Of a stretch of 64,000 nt of DNA, positions 1 to 9,120 are shown piece after piece. Below the pieces are notes generated by a model. It worked only from the letters and a program-made list of their open reading frames with translations, was not told where the DNA came from and made no database searches. Source of the DNA: Candidatus Poribacteria bacterium (GTDB lineage Bacteria > Poribacteria > WGA-4E > GCA-2687025); the NCBI GenBank assembly GCA_963665845.2, contig OY762492.1, positions 288,001 to 352,000 of the forward strand. Reading direction: 5' to 3'. The position numbers and the translations under genes were made by a program. How positions within the stretch are numbered: position 1 is the stretch's first letter; the number at the start of each line of letters is the position of its first letter.

Positions 1-491
1 CCAGCGGCGCCCTGCGCATGAGCGAGGCGCTGTACCGCGAAAATATCGGCGAGAGGTATTACGGCTACGACGCCACCCTCGGCCTGCGCTACACCTTGAC
101 GCAATCCGACGCGGACGCCGACCGCCCCGCCCCCGCCGCCGATCTGTCCGCGCGGTACGCCCGCCCGATCTCATGGAGCTCGCAGATCGAGGGGCGCGCC
201 GCATGGGCAAGCCCGCTGGACGGCGATTTTGGATCCGCCTACCGCCTCACCGCGTCCGCGGGCTATCTCTACGAGGCGATGAACCGCATCGACTTTCGAC
301 TCGACTACAGGCTTGACATGGAGCGGTTTGCGGACGAGGGCGACACGGTGGTGTCGCACACGGCGACCCCCTCTTTTTTGTTTTATATTGAAAACGAAGT
401 GCGTTTGCTTGTCGGCATGACGCTTCTCCGCGCGGACGGAAAGCCATGGCGGCGCGAATTGACGCTGACGTTGAACTTCAAAGCGTTGTGA
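1..491 (+). CDS. 3' part of probable outer-membrane beta-barrel protein (likely 5'-truncated by window edge)
   Basis: Alternating hydrophobic/aromatic beta-strand pattern (YDATLGLRY, YRLTASAGYLY, LTLTLNF) near the C-terminus. Confidence 0.5.
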   Translation, partial: SGALRMSEALYRENIGERYYGYDATLGLRYTLTQSDADADRPAPAADLSARYARPISWSSQIEGRAAWASPLDGDFGSAYRLTASAGYLYEAMNRIDFRLDYRLDMERFADEGDTVVSHTATPSFLFYIENEVRLLVGMTLLRADGKPWRRELTLTLNFKAL

Positions 492-507
492 GAATCGGAG
501 GCATGCG

Positions 508-1083
508 GTGTTGAAATGGAAGCGGTGGGCGGCGGTCGGCGCTCTCGCGGCGGCAGGGATTGCATGGGGACTCGCGCAGCTGGAGGCGCAAGATACGGAG
601 GAGCAGATCGCGCGCGGAAAGTATCTGGCGGAGACGGTCGCCGCCTGCGGACATTGCCACACGCCCCGCAAAGGAGCGGAGCCTGATATGACGCGGCATC
701 TGTCGGGGCATCCCGCCTCGGCTCCCGCGCCGAAAAGCGCCGCGGTTGATCTCATCATGAAGGAAGGGATCTTTATCTCTATTTCGCCGACGATGACCTC
801 TTTCAGCGGTCCATGGGGCGTCTCCTTCGCCACCAATCTCACCCCCGACAAAGAGACGGGGCTGGGCGCATGGACGGAAGAGCAGTTCATCAGCGCCATG
901 CGCAGCGGCAAGCATCAAGGCGAACCTGACGGACGCGCCATCCTCCCCCCAATGCCCTGGAAACATTACCAGTCCATGTCGCAGCAGGACATGGAAGACA
1001 TGTGGGCGTACTTTCAGTCGCTCAAGCCGATACGCAACGCCGTGCCGAAAGCGCGCAACCAGCTCGGCAACCCGCTGGATTGA
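508..1083 (+). CDS. exported cytochrome c family protein
   Basis: Signal peptide, RGKYL, CGHCH heme-binding motif, GPWG..NLTPD.ETGLG.W, PPMPW. Confidence 0.85.
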   Translation: MLKWKRWAAVGALAAAGIAWGLAQLEAQDTEEQIARGKYLAETVAACGHCHTPRKGAEPDMTRHLSGHPASAPAPKSAAVDLIMKEGIFISISPTMTSFSGPWGVSFATNLTPDKETGLGAWTEEQFISAMRSGKHQGEPDGRAILPPMPWKHYQSMSQQDMEDMWAYFQSLKPIRNAVPKARNQLGNPLD

Positions 1084-1087
1084 CGGG

Positions 1088-2251
1088 ATGAAAACCGCCA
1101 TGCGCCCCCTCGCGTCCGGTTCCTCCAGCATGCCGATTTCAGGCATTCGGCTCATCATGGACATGGCGTCCAAGATTCCGGGCGCCATACGGATGGAGGC
1201 GGGGCAGCCGAATTTTCCGACGCCGCCGCATATCATTGAGGCGGCGCATCAAGCCGCCCTGGACGGATACACCGCCTACACGCCGAACGCGGGTCTAGAC
1301 TCTCTGCGCGAGCTGTGCGCCGAGAAGGTCAGGCGGGAAAACCAGATCGATGCGCAGGCGGAGAACATCGTTGTCACGGTCGGGTCTGAAGGCGCCGTCG
1401 CCAGCGCTTTTGTCGCCGTTGTGGAAAAGGGCGATCAGGTTCTGATACCGGAACCTGGCTGGACAAACTACGCGATGCTGACGCGCGCCCGCGGCGCGGA
1501 GCCTATCCCGTATCTGCTGCGCGAGGAGGACAATTTCATTCCCGATCTAGAGGCGGCGGAAGCGCTGGTCACGCCAAGAACAAAAATGCTGGTCGTCAAC
1601 ACCCCCGCCAACCCGACGGGAGCCGTCTATTCTGAAGAGACGGCGCGCGGGCTGGTAGAACTGGCGAACAGGCGCAACCTGTACCTGCTTTCGGACGAGG
1701 CGTACGAGAAGTTGACCTTTCAAGGCGCGCGCCATGTCAGCCCCGCCCGCTTCGATGAGGAGGGGAGGGTCGTCTCCGCTTTCAGCTTTTCCAAAACCTA
1801 CGCGATGACCGGCTGGCGCGTCGGTTTCGCGGTCGCAAGCGGCGACACGGCGCGGCTCATGGTCAGGCTTCAGGAGCCGTACTATTCTTGCGCGCCGTCC
1901 ATCTCGCAAAAGGCGGCGGAAGCGGCTCTGTTGGGTCCGCAGGAGCCTGTGCGCAAGATGATCAAAGCGTATGCCCGACGCCAGCGCGTTGTCTTCGATA
2001 CGCTGCGCTTCGCCATGGGCGCGCATTATGAACCGAACGGAGCGTTCTATCTCCTTGTCAACATTGCCGACACAGGCATGGACTCCTTCTCCTTTGCGCA
2101 GGCGCTTCTGCGGGAGACCGGCGTCGCAACGGCTCCCGGCGCCACCTTCGGAGAGGCGGCGGACAAGTATGTTCGGCTCTCCGTCGCCGCTTCAGACCAG
2201 GATTGCGCCGAGGGCGCAAAACGCCTGCGCGAATATCTAACCGCCTCATGA
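1088..2251 (+). CDS. PLP-dependent class I/II aminotransferase (aspartate aminotransferase-like)
   Basis: GQPNFPTP, NTPANPTG, SDEAY, SFSKTYAMTGWRVG. Confidence 0.92.
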   Translation: MKTAMRPLASGSSSMPISGIRLIMDMASKIPGAIRMEAGQPNFPTPPHIIEAAHQAALDGYTAYTPNAGLDSLRELCAEKVRRENQIDAQAENIVVTVGSEGAVASAFVAVVEKGDQVLIPEPGWTNYAMLTRARGAEPIPYLLREEDNFIPDLEAAEALVTPRTKMLVVNTPANPTGAVYSEETARGLVELANRRNLYLLSDEAYEKLTFQGARHVSPARFDEEGRVVSAFSFSKTYAMTGWRVGFAVASGDTARLMVRLQEPYYSCAPSISQKAAEAALLGPQEPVRKMIKAYARRQRVVFDTLRFAMGAHYEPNGAFYLLVNIADTGMDSFSFAQALLRETGVATAPGATFGEAADKYVRLSVAASDQDCAEGAKRLREYLTAS

Positions 2252-3393
2252 GGCTGTTTATTTCAGCGGGGGAACCGAGCGGAGATATGTACGGAGCCGC
2301 GCTTGTGAATCATCTGCGCCGGCTGAAACCGCAACTGGAGCCGTTCGGGATGGGCGGGGAGCAGATGAAAGCGGCGGGCGTTCAGTTGAGGGTCGAGATC
2401 GGCGCGTCGTCTGTGATGGGGCTGTCCGAGGTAGCTGGACAGCTGCCCGCATTTTTTCGGAAACGGCGCCGACTCAAGCGCGCGTTAAAACAGAACCCGC
2501 CGGACGCCGCCGTCTTCATCGACTTTCCCGACTTCCATGCTGGCTTGTTAGAATTTGCGTCTCGGCGCGGCATATCGACCGTCGCTTTCATTCCGCCTAA
2601 AGCATGGGCATGGCGCCCGAAGCGCGCGCGGCGTTACGCGCGGGCGGCGTCTCTGGTCGTTTGCGTTCTTCCGTTCGCCGCCGATTTTTACGCGAAAGCC
2701 GGCGCGAATGTTCAATACGCGGGACATCCGCTCATCGGCATTCTCGCCGAAACGAAGGCGTTGACCCGAAACGAAGCGAAACGAAGAATCGGCGCGGACG
2801 AGAAGGCGCCGCTGCTGGCGATTTTGCCGGGCAGCCGCGTCAAAGAAATCGCCGGTTTGGCGGGTGAGATGATCGGAGCCGTTCGCATTCTGCGCGAGAG
2901 AATGCCGTCTCTCAACGCGCTCGCGGCGCTGCCTGAGTCGCTGCCTGAAAGCGCCGACGCCGCGTTTCCGCCGGATTTGCCTGTTCTGCGGGGGCGTTCA
3001 TGGGAGCTGCTGCGCGCGGCGGACGCGGCGCTGGTGAAATCCGGCACCGCGACGCTGGAAGCCGCTCTCATGGAAACGCCGATGGTCGTCGCATACCGCC
3101 TCTCCGCGTTCACCTACGCCGCGGCGCGCCGTCTGTCAAGCGTTCGCTTTTCGGCGCTGCCAAACCTGCTTCTGAACCGCGAAGTATGTCCAGAGCTGTA
3201 CCAAGAAAACGCGGCGGCTGCGCAGTTTGCCGAGGCGGTTTTTCCTCTTTTAAAAAAAGAGGGACCGGAACGCGCCGCGCAAATCCAGGCGTTTCAAGAG
3301 GCGGCAGCGCAGCTCGGCGACGAAAAGGCGATGGAGCGCATCGCGCGCTTGATTTTAAAAACGGCGGACAGATCGGAGCCTCCGCATGGTTGA
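2248..3393 (+). CDS. lpxB: lipid-A-disaccharide synthase
   Basis: SAGEPSGD, IDFPDF, WAWR, GHPL, LPGSR..EI, KSGTATLE, LPNLL; ATG 2248 overlaps upstream stop. Confidence 0.93.
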   Translation: MRLFISAGEPSGDMYGAALVNHLRRLKPQLEPFGMGGEQMKAAGVQLRVEIGASSVMGLSEVAGQLPAFFRKRRRLKRALKQNPPDAAVFIDFPDFHAGLLEFASRRGISTVAFIPPKAWAWRPKRARRYARAASLVVCVLPFAADFYAKAGANVQYAGHPLIGILAETKALTRNEAKRRIGADEKAPLLAILPGSRVKEIAGLAGEMIGAVRILRERMPSLNALAALPESLPESADAAFPPDLPVLRGRSWELLRAADAALVKSGTATLEAALMETPMVVAYRLSAFTYAAARRLSSVRFSALPNLLLNREVCPELYQENAAAAQFAEAVFPLLKKEGPERAAQIQAFQEAAAQLGDEKAMERIARLILKTADRSEPPHG

Positions 3394-4483
3394 AACGCTG
3401 CCGCCGATAGCCCGATGGTTCGCGCCGCTGGAGCCGCTTGTCGCCGCGGCGGGCGCATGGCGGCGAGAGTTTTACCGCGGACGGGGCGCCGCGCGCGTCA
3501 TACGCCTGCCGATTCCGGTCGTGTCGATCGGCAATCTTGCGATCGGAGGCGCGGGGAAAACGCCGATGGTTGAAACGATTGTGGAGCATTTGACGCGGTC
3601 GGGATTTGCGCCAGGCGTCGTCATGGGCGCCTACAAAGCGCGCCCGCCCCTTCAACCGACCGAGAACGGAACCTTCTGGCGCCGAAGCCTCCGCTGGGCG
3701 TTCGTCTCGGACGGGGAAAATATCTATGCGGATGTCGAAACGGCGGGGGACGAGGCGATTATGTTCGCCTTGAAACATCCCGCTGTCCCTCTAGCCGCGG
3801 GCAAGGACAAGGCGCGCACGGCGCTGGAGCTCGCGTCCGAATTTCCGTTGGACGCGGTCGTTCTGGACGACGGCTTTCAAAGTTTGCGTCTGGCGCGCGA
3901 CCTGAACATCGTCCTGCTGGACGCGGCGCGCCCCCTTGACAACGGACGGACGCTCCCCGCCGGCTTGCTGCGGGAACGTCCAGAGGCGCTGGCGGACGCG
4001 GACATCGCCGTTTTGGTTGAGGGAGAAGAATCGGCTGAAGAAGACAGCGAAGCGGCAATCCGCCCGTATCTGAAATCGACGGCTCCTGTCCTCCGGGCGC
4101 GGCGCGTTCCATACGGCTTGACAAGCGGCGGCGGAGAGAGCCTCCCGTTGAGCGACCTGAACGGCGCCGAAATACTGGGCGTGTGCGGCATCGGCAACCC
4201 GCGCCAGTATGAAGCCATGCTGCGAAGCCTCGGCGCGCGCGTGGAGATGATGCCGTTCCCCGATCACCGCCGATACGGCGCGCGCGACTGGGACGCCATC
4301 GAACGCGCCGCCGGCGGACGAACCGTCGTCGCCACCGCAAAAGACGCTGTCAAATGGGAAGATTTCCCCCCCTTTCCCTACCTGACGCTGAACATTCGCA
4401 TGGAATTGGACGCGCCGCTGGACGACCTTCTCAACAGCGCCTTGAAAAAAGCCGCGCCGCTAAATCCGAAAGCGAATCGGTGA
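3386..4483 (+). CDS. lpxK: tetraacyldisaccharide 4'-kinase
   Basis: PVVSIGNLAIGGAGKTP, GDE, LDDGFQ, LPAGLLRE, GIGNP, FPDH, TAKDAVK. Confidence 0.93.
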   Translation: MVETLPPIARWFAPLEPLVAAAGAWRREFYRGRGAARVIRLPIPVVSIGNLAIGGAGKTPMVETIVEHLTRSGFAPGVVMGAYKARPPLQPTENGTFWRRSLRWAFVSDGENIYADVETAGDEAIMFALKHPAVPLAAGKDKARTALELASEFPLDAVVLDDGFQSLRLARDLNIVLLDAARPLDNGRTLPAGLLRERPEALADADIAVLVEGEESAEEDSEAAIRPYLKSTAPVLRARRVPYGLTSGGGESLPLSDLNGAEILGVCGIGNPRQYEAMLRSLGARVEMMPFPDHRRYGARDWDAIERAAGGRTVVATAKDAVKWEDFPPFPYLTLNIRMELDAPLDDLLNSALKKAAPLNPKANR

Positions 4484-6378
4484 AACGCGCTGTCGCCGCC
4501 GCATTGCTTGCCGCCATCTGTTCAGCGTCCGCCGATGTTCAAATCGAACTGACGCATCCGTTGGCGGGCGCGCGGTTTTCCACCAACAACCCGACGCTGA
4601 TACTGGAAGGTCGGCTCCTTTCAGACGGCGGACCGCTGCTGCTTTCGATAGACGCCGCCGCGGCGCCCTCCGCTCTGGACGGCTCTGAAACGCATACCTC
4701 CGAGCTGGTACTGGACGCGGGTCAACAAACTTCAGCCGAGGGAGTCGTCTTTCAGCCCGTCATCGAGCAAACGGAGCGGGGCTGGAAATCATACGGTCCC
4801 CGCGTCGTGGAGATCTGGACGGGAAACGCCGGCGCAGCGCCGTCCGCCGTCTTGGTCTGCCCGTCCGGCGTCGGCGACCCTCGCCAAGAGGCGTTCGTCC
4901 GCTTCGACAACCTCCCGCCCAGTCGATTCTACCGGCTGCGCTGGAAGGAGGGCTGGCAGCGCCGACCGGACGGAACGCCGCATGTACGTTTAAAAGGAGT
5001 CGCGCTCATGGGCGGTTCTGCCCAAATCGTTCAAACGGCGGCGTTTTTCGCGCAGGCGGACTCTGAAGTAACCTTCAGACGAACCGTCCAATTGCGCCCT
5101 GGCGCCAACCGCATTCGGCTTTCCGTTCAACAGCTGGAAACGGAAGAACGCGCCGACGCCGAACTGGAAGCGGAGCTGGCAGACCCGTTCGGACAAGGGG
5201 CGCCTGAAGAAACGGTTGTCCTAAGCGACGGAAGCGGCTTGACGATTGAGATGCCGCCCGGCTCCGTCGACGAAACGATGCGCGGACTCCGCCTGATACG
5301 CATGGATCCGCAGGAGACGCCGCTCGCGTCCTACCGCGGACACCGCCTCATTGACGACCGCCGTCCGCCGTTTGCGGCGTACCATTTTGAGGGGCTGTTT
5401 CAAACGGCGTTTGAGGCGGAGGCGAGCGCGTCTCTCCCTGGTCAACCCGCCTCGCTCGCGGCGGACGGGCGTACCGCTTATCCGTCAACCTGGATCGCCG
5501 CGCGGGCGCCGTTTCCGATACGGTGGAAGGTCGATCTTGGGCGCGTTGAGACGATCGGGCGCGTCGTCGTCCGCGCGCATCAGGAGCGGGGCGTTTCTTA
5601 TAGCCCAAGCAAAGCCTCCATCTGGCTCTCCGCAGACGGCGTCCATTTTCAGCTGGCGCAGGAGGCTGACCAGTTCAACGACGGGGCGACCGCCATCGAC
5701 CTTCCCCCTGGTATGAGCGGCAGATGGGCGGAGCTGTTGATTGAAGAGGGGAAGGCGGGGCATACGGTGCAGATCAACGAGATCGAGTTTTACGACGCAT
5801 CGGGGGCGCGGATTGCGGCGCTGGAGTCGCAGAGCGAGATTCCGTTTTTAAAGCCGGCGCTGGCGGCGGTGAACGTTCCTTCAGCGGCGGAGAATCAGCA
5901 GGTCGGCCTCTTTTTTCTGGACGCTTCAACGAATCGATGGGAGTGGACGCGGGCGGCGCAGACCGGCGGTCTTTTTCTTTTTGAAACGAACGCGCTGTCG
6001 CCGCTGGCGCTGTTTCAGATGCGCTCCGCGCCCTTCGACGAGGGCAATTTCACGGTTCAATGGAGCTTGAACCCATTTTCGCCGAACGGAGACGGCAAGG
6101 CGGATCGGTCGCGCCTGTTTTTAAATGCGGGCGGAAACTTGCAGAATCGACCGGTATGGTATACAGTAAAGATATACGATCTGCACGGAATGTTGATACG
6201 AACGCTTGCCGACCGGGCGAAAGCGTCCGCCGGAGCCATGTCGGTTGAATGGGACGGGATCGACCGAAATGGTCAGGCGGCTCCCATCGGTCCGTATGTG
6301 TATTCCGCGCAGGCGCATGTGGACGATGCGAAGACTGCGGCGGCGGTTTTCAGAGGGCTGATCGTGATCGCCCGATGA
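4480..6378 (+). CDS. secreted protein with discoidin/F5-8-like domain and C-terminal FlgD-Ig/CHU_C-like domain
   Basis: GTG 4480 overlaps lpxK stop; signal peptide; A.DG..T.W..W.VDLG..INEIEFY; NPFSPNGDG..IYDLHG.LIRTL..WDG. Confidence 0.75.
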   Translation: MKRAVAAALLAAICSASADVQIELTHPLAGARFSTNNPTLILEGRLLSDGGPLLLSIDAAAAPSALDGSETHTSELVLDAGQQTSAEGVVFQPVIEQTERGWKSYGPRVVEIWTGNAGAAPSAVLVCPSGVGDPRQEAFVRFDNLPPSRFYRLRWKEGWQRRPDGTPHVRLKGVALMGGSAQIVQTAAFFAQADSEVTFRRTVQLRPGANRIRLSVQQLETEERADAELEAELADPFGQGAPEETVVLSDGSGLTIEMPPGSVDETMRGLRLIRMDPQETPLASYRGHRLIDDRRPPFAAYHFEGLFQTAFEAEASASLPGQPASLAADGRTAYPSTWIAARAPFPIRWKVDLGRVETIGRVVVRAHQERGVSYSPSKASIWLSADGVHFQLAQEADQFNDGATAIDLPPGMSGRWAELLIEEGKAGHTVQINEIEFYDASGARIAALESQSEIPFLKPALAAVNVPSAAENQQVGLFFLDASTNRWEWTRAAQTGGLFLFETNALSPLALFQMRSAPFDEGNFTVQWSLNPFSPNGDGKADRSRLFLNAGGNLQNRPVWYTVKIYDLHGMLIRTLADRAKASAGAMSVEWDGIDRNGQAAPIGPYVYSAQAHVDDAKTAAAVFRGLIVIAR

Positions 6379-6404
6379 GCCGCCGCACAACTGAAGGTGA
6401 AACA

Positions 6405-7268
6405 ATGCCAGAATACCGCTACAGAATAATGTTCGTCGACGACGATGAAGACATCGTCGACATGATCGACTCCTATATGTCGTCGGAAGGGTACAAGGTG
6501 ATTCCGGCGTATGACGGGGAGTCCGCGCTCCAGATCTTCAACCAAGCGCAGCAATCCGATAACAGCGAAGACCGCATCCATCTCATCCTTCTCGACATCA
6601 TGATGCCGAAGATTGACGGGTTCGATGTGTGCCGGCAAATTCGCAAAATCTCCAACGTGCCGATCGTCATGTTAACGGCAAAAACGGAGGACATCGACAA
6701 GATCATCGGTCTTGAGCTGGGGGCGGACGATTACATGGTGAAGCCGTTCAACCCGCGCGAGCTGCTGGCGCGCATCCGCTCGGTCATTCGCCGCTCCTTC
6801 GCTCCCAACGAAGAATCGCCCGGCTCCGGCGACGGCGTTCTTGTCAACGGCGACTTTCGAATCGACCCGTCGCGGCGTTCCGCTTCCATCCGCGAGCGCG
6901 ACCTGAAACTGACCGCCACCGAGTTTGATCTGCTTTACTTTCTCGTCAAACGCGCCGGCAAAGTGTTCACCCGCCGCCAGCTGATTGACCACATCTGGAA
7001 CGCCGACTACTGCATCGGCGAACGCACCGTTGACGTACACATACGCCGACTCCGAGAGCATGTTGAAGAGGAGCCGGGCAGACCGCAGTACATCCTCACC
7101 GTCTGGGGCGTCGGTTACAAATTCCATGACGGCGCGTCCTTGACCAAGCCGATTGCGTTGGACAGCGCAGACGACGCCATCGAGAGCGTGATGATTGAGA
7201 CGGACGAGTCTGAAGACGCGATCGAGAGCATAGAAGTCCTCTCCATAGCGGGCGGCGAAAGTGAATGA
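6405..7268 (+). CDS. OmpR/PhoB-family response regulator with acidic C-terminal extension
   Basis: VDDD, LDIMMP, MLTAK, GADDYMVKPF, RTVDVHIRRLR, TVWGVGYKF; RBS-like GAAGGTGA before 6405. Confidence 0.92.
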   Translation: MPEYRYRIMFVDDDEDIVDMIDSYMSSEGYKVIPAYDGESALQIFNQAQQSDNSEDRIHLILLDIMMPKIDGFDVCRQIRKISNVPIVMLTAKTEDIDKIIGLELGADDYMVKPFNPRELLARIRSVIRRSFAPNEESPGSGDGVLVNGDFRIDPSRRSASIRERDLKLTATEFDLLYFLVKRAGKVFTRRQLIDHIWNADYCIGERTVDVHIRRLREHVEEEPGRPQYILTVWGVGYKFHDGASLTKPIALDSADDAIESVMIETDESEDAIESIEVLSIAGGESE

Positions 7269-8251
7269 TTGAGGCGGAAGGGCTGACGAAGCGGTACGGA
7301 AGCTACCTCGGCATTGAACAGGTTTCGTTCAAAATTGACGCGGGGGAAGCGGTCGGGCTTCTCGGTCCGAACGGAGCCGGCAAAACGACGACGCTGCGCA
7401 TTCTCACATGCGCCATGTCAGCCACATCGGGGCGCGCTTCGGTCGCCGGGTACGACCTGTTCAAAGAGAGCATGCAGGCGCGCCGCCATATCGGATACCT
7501 TCCCGAAACGCCGCCGCTTTATCCTGAAATGACCGTTGAAGCGTATCTGCGTTTTGCCGCGTCCATCAAAGGCGTCGCGCGCCGCCGCATCGCCGGACGA
7601 ATCAATGACGCGGTTGAGCTGTGCGGACTGGAAGAGATGCGCAAGCGGGTCGTCGGGCATCTGTCAAAAGGGTACCGGCAGCGGGTCGGCATCGCCCAGG
7701 CGTTGATTCATGAGCCGAAAGCGGTGGTGCTGGACGAGCCGACCAGCGGGCTTGACCCCGCGCAGATTGTTGAAATACGCGGACTCATCCAGCGTCTCGG
7801 ACAGGAGCGAACTGTCCTGTTGACGACGCATATTTTGGCGGAGGCGCAAGCCTCCTGCGGGCGTCTGCTGGTCATCAACCGCGGGCGCATCGCCGGCGAC
7901 ATACGCCTCAACGCGGCGGGGGAAGCGGTGTCGATTCAGACCGAGAACGGCGCCCCGCCGCTTTTGTCGGAAGGCTCCGTCGTCGTCGCCGCCCGCCCGT
8001 TTGACGAGGCGATGGAGGCGCGCCTTCGGCAGATTCCCGGCGCCGCGTCTGTCCGCCGGACGTCCAAAGACTCCGCCCTTGATATTCAAGAGGAGCCGGC
8101 ATGGCTCATCGAGGCGGAACAGGGGGCGGACATACGAGGCGCATGCGCCGCCGCGGTCGTGGAGGCGGGAGGAGAGCTGCTGAAATTGGCGCCCGCCCGC
8201 CCGTCGCTTGAGCGGCTTTTTTTAAACCTGACGCAGCAAGAAGCCGCATGA
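7265..8251 (+). CDS. ABC transporter ATP-binding protein (GldA-like)
   Basis: GPNGAGKTT, LSKGYRQRVG, LDEPTSGLDP. Confidence 0.9.
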   Translation: MIEAEGLTKRYGSYLGIEQVSFKIDAGEAVGLLGPNGAGKTTTLRILTCAMSATSGRASVAGYDLFKESMQARRHIGYLPETPPLYPEMTVEAYLRFAASIKGVARRRIAGRINDAVELCGLEEMRKRVVGHLSKGYRQRVGIAQALIHEPKAVVLDEPTSGLDPAQIVEIRGLIQRLGQERTVLLTTHILAEAQASCGRLLVINRGRIAGDIRLNAAGEAVSIQTENGAPPLLSEGSVVVAARPFDEAMEARLRQIPGAASVRRTSKDSALDIQEEPAWLIEAEQGADIRGACAAAVVEAGGELLKLAPARPSLERLFLNLTQQEAA

Positions 8252-8282
8252 AACAAGCCGCGCCAGCCCAAAGAGGCGACCA

Positions 8283-9044
8283 ATGAGACGTCTGACGGCG
8301 CCGCCGCTGGCTGTTTGTAAACGGGAAATCTACAGCTACTTCGTCTCCCCCGTCGCCTACTTTACGATCGTGCCGTACCTGCTCCTGTGCGGCTTTTTTT
8401 TCTATATTGCGTTCAACATCGCCTCCCGATCAAGATCTGAAACTGCCGCTTCGGATCTGATGATCAACGCGATACAGACGATGAGCGTGCTGTTGACGCT
8501 CGCGTCGCCGCTGCTGACGATGCGCTCCTTCGCCGAAGAACGCCGCGCAGGGTCGATGGAGCTGCTTGCAACATCGCCGATTCGAGAACGGGACATCGTC
8601 TTAGGCAAGTTTTTCGCCAGCTGGTTTCTGGTCGGCGCGATGCTGCTCGCGACGGCGCCGTATCCGCTCTTCGTGCAGAGATACGGCAACCCGGACGCCT
8701 TGCCGATACTGGTCGGCTATTTTGGATTGGCGCTGCTGGGCGGATGCTTGCTGTCTCTCGGTCTGCTCATTTCTTCGCTCTCATCGAATCAGATTGTGGC
8801 GGGGGTCACGACTCTCGGCGCCGGACTGTTTCTTTGGATGATCCAGTCGCTGCCGGCGGCGTCGGGTACCGCGACTCTCTACGGAACGGTACGCGAGATC
8901 GTCGTCTACATGTCGCTTCAGCAGCATCTAACGGGGTTTTCGCAGGGAGTCGTTGCCCTCAAAAGCATGGTCTACTATCTTAGCTTCATTTCGGTATGCC
9001 TCTATTTGACAACGATCTCCTCCGCCTCGTTCCGATGGAAATGA
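8283..9044 (+). CDS. ABC-2 type permease (GldF-like)
   Basis: REIYSYFVSPVAY, LTMRSFAEERRAGSMELL, IVLGKF; about 6 TM helices. Confidence 0.88.
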   Translation: MRRLTAPPLAVCKREIYSYFVSPVAYFTIVPYLLLCGFFFYIAFNIASRSRSETAASDLMINAIQTMSVLLTLASPLLTMRSFAEERRAGSMELLATSPIRERDIVLGKFFASWFLVGAMLLATAPYPLFVQRYGNPDALPILVGYFGLALLGGCLLSLGLLISSLSSNQIVAGVTTLGAGLFLWMIQSLPAASGTATLYGTVREIVVYMSLQQHLTGFSQGVVALKSMVYYLSFISVCLYLTTISSASFRWK

Positions 9045-9120
9045 GTAGATTGTTTTGACCGTACTGTATAGAAAAGAATCCGCTCAACGATAACAACGTT
9101 CGCATGCGCAGGATCGCCCA

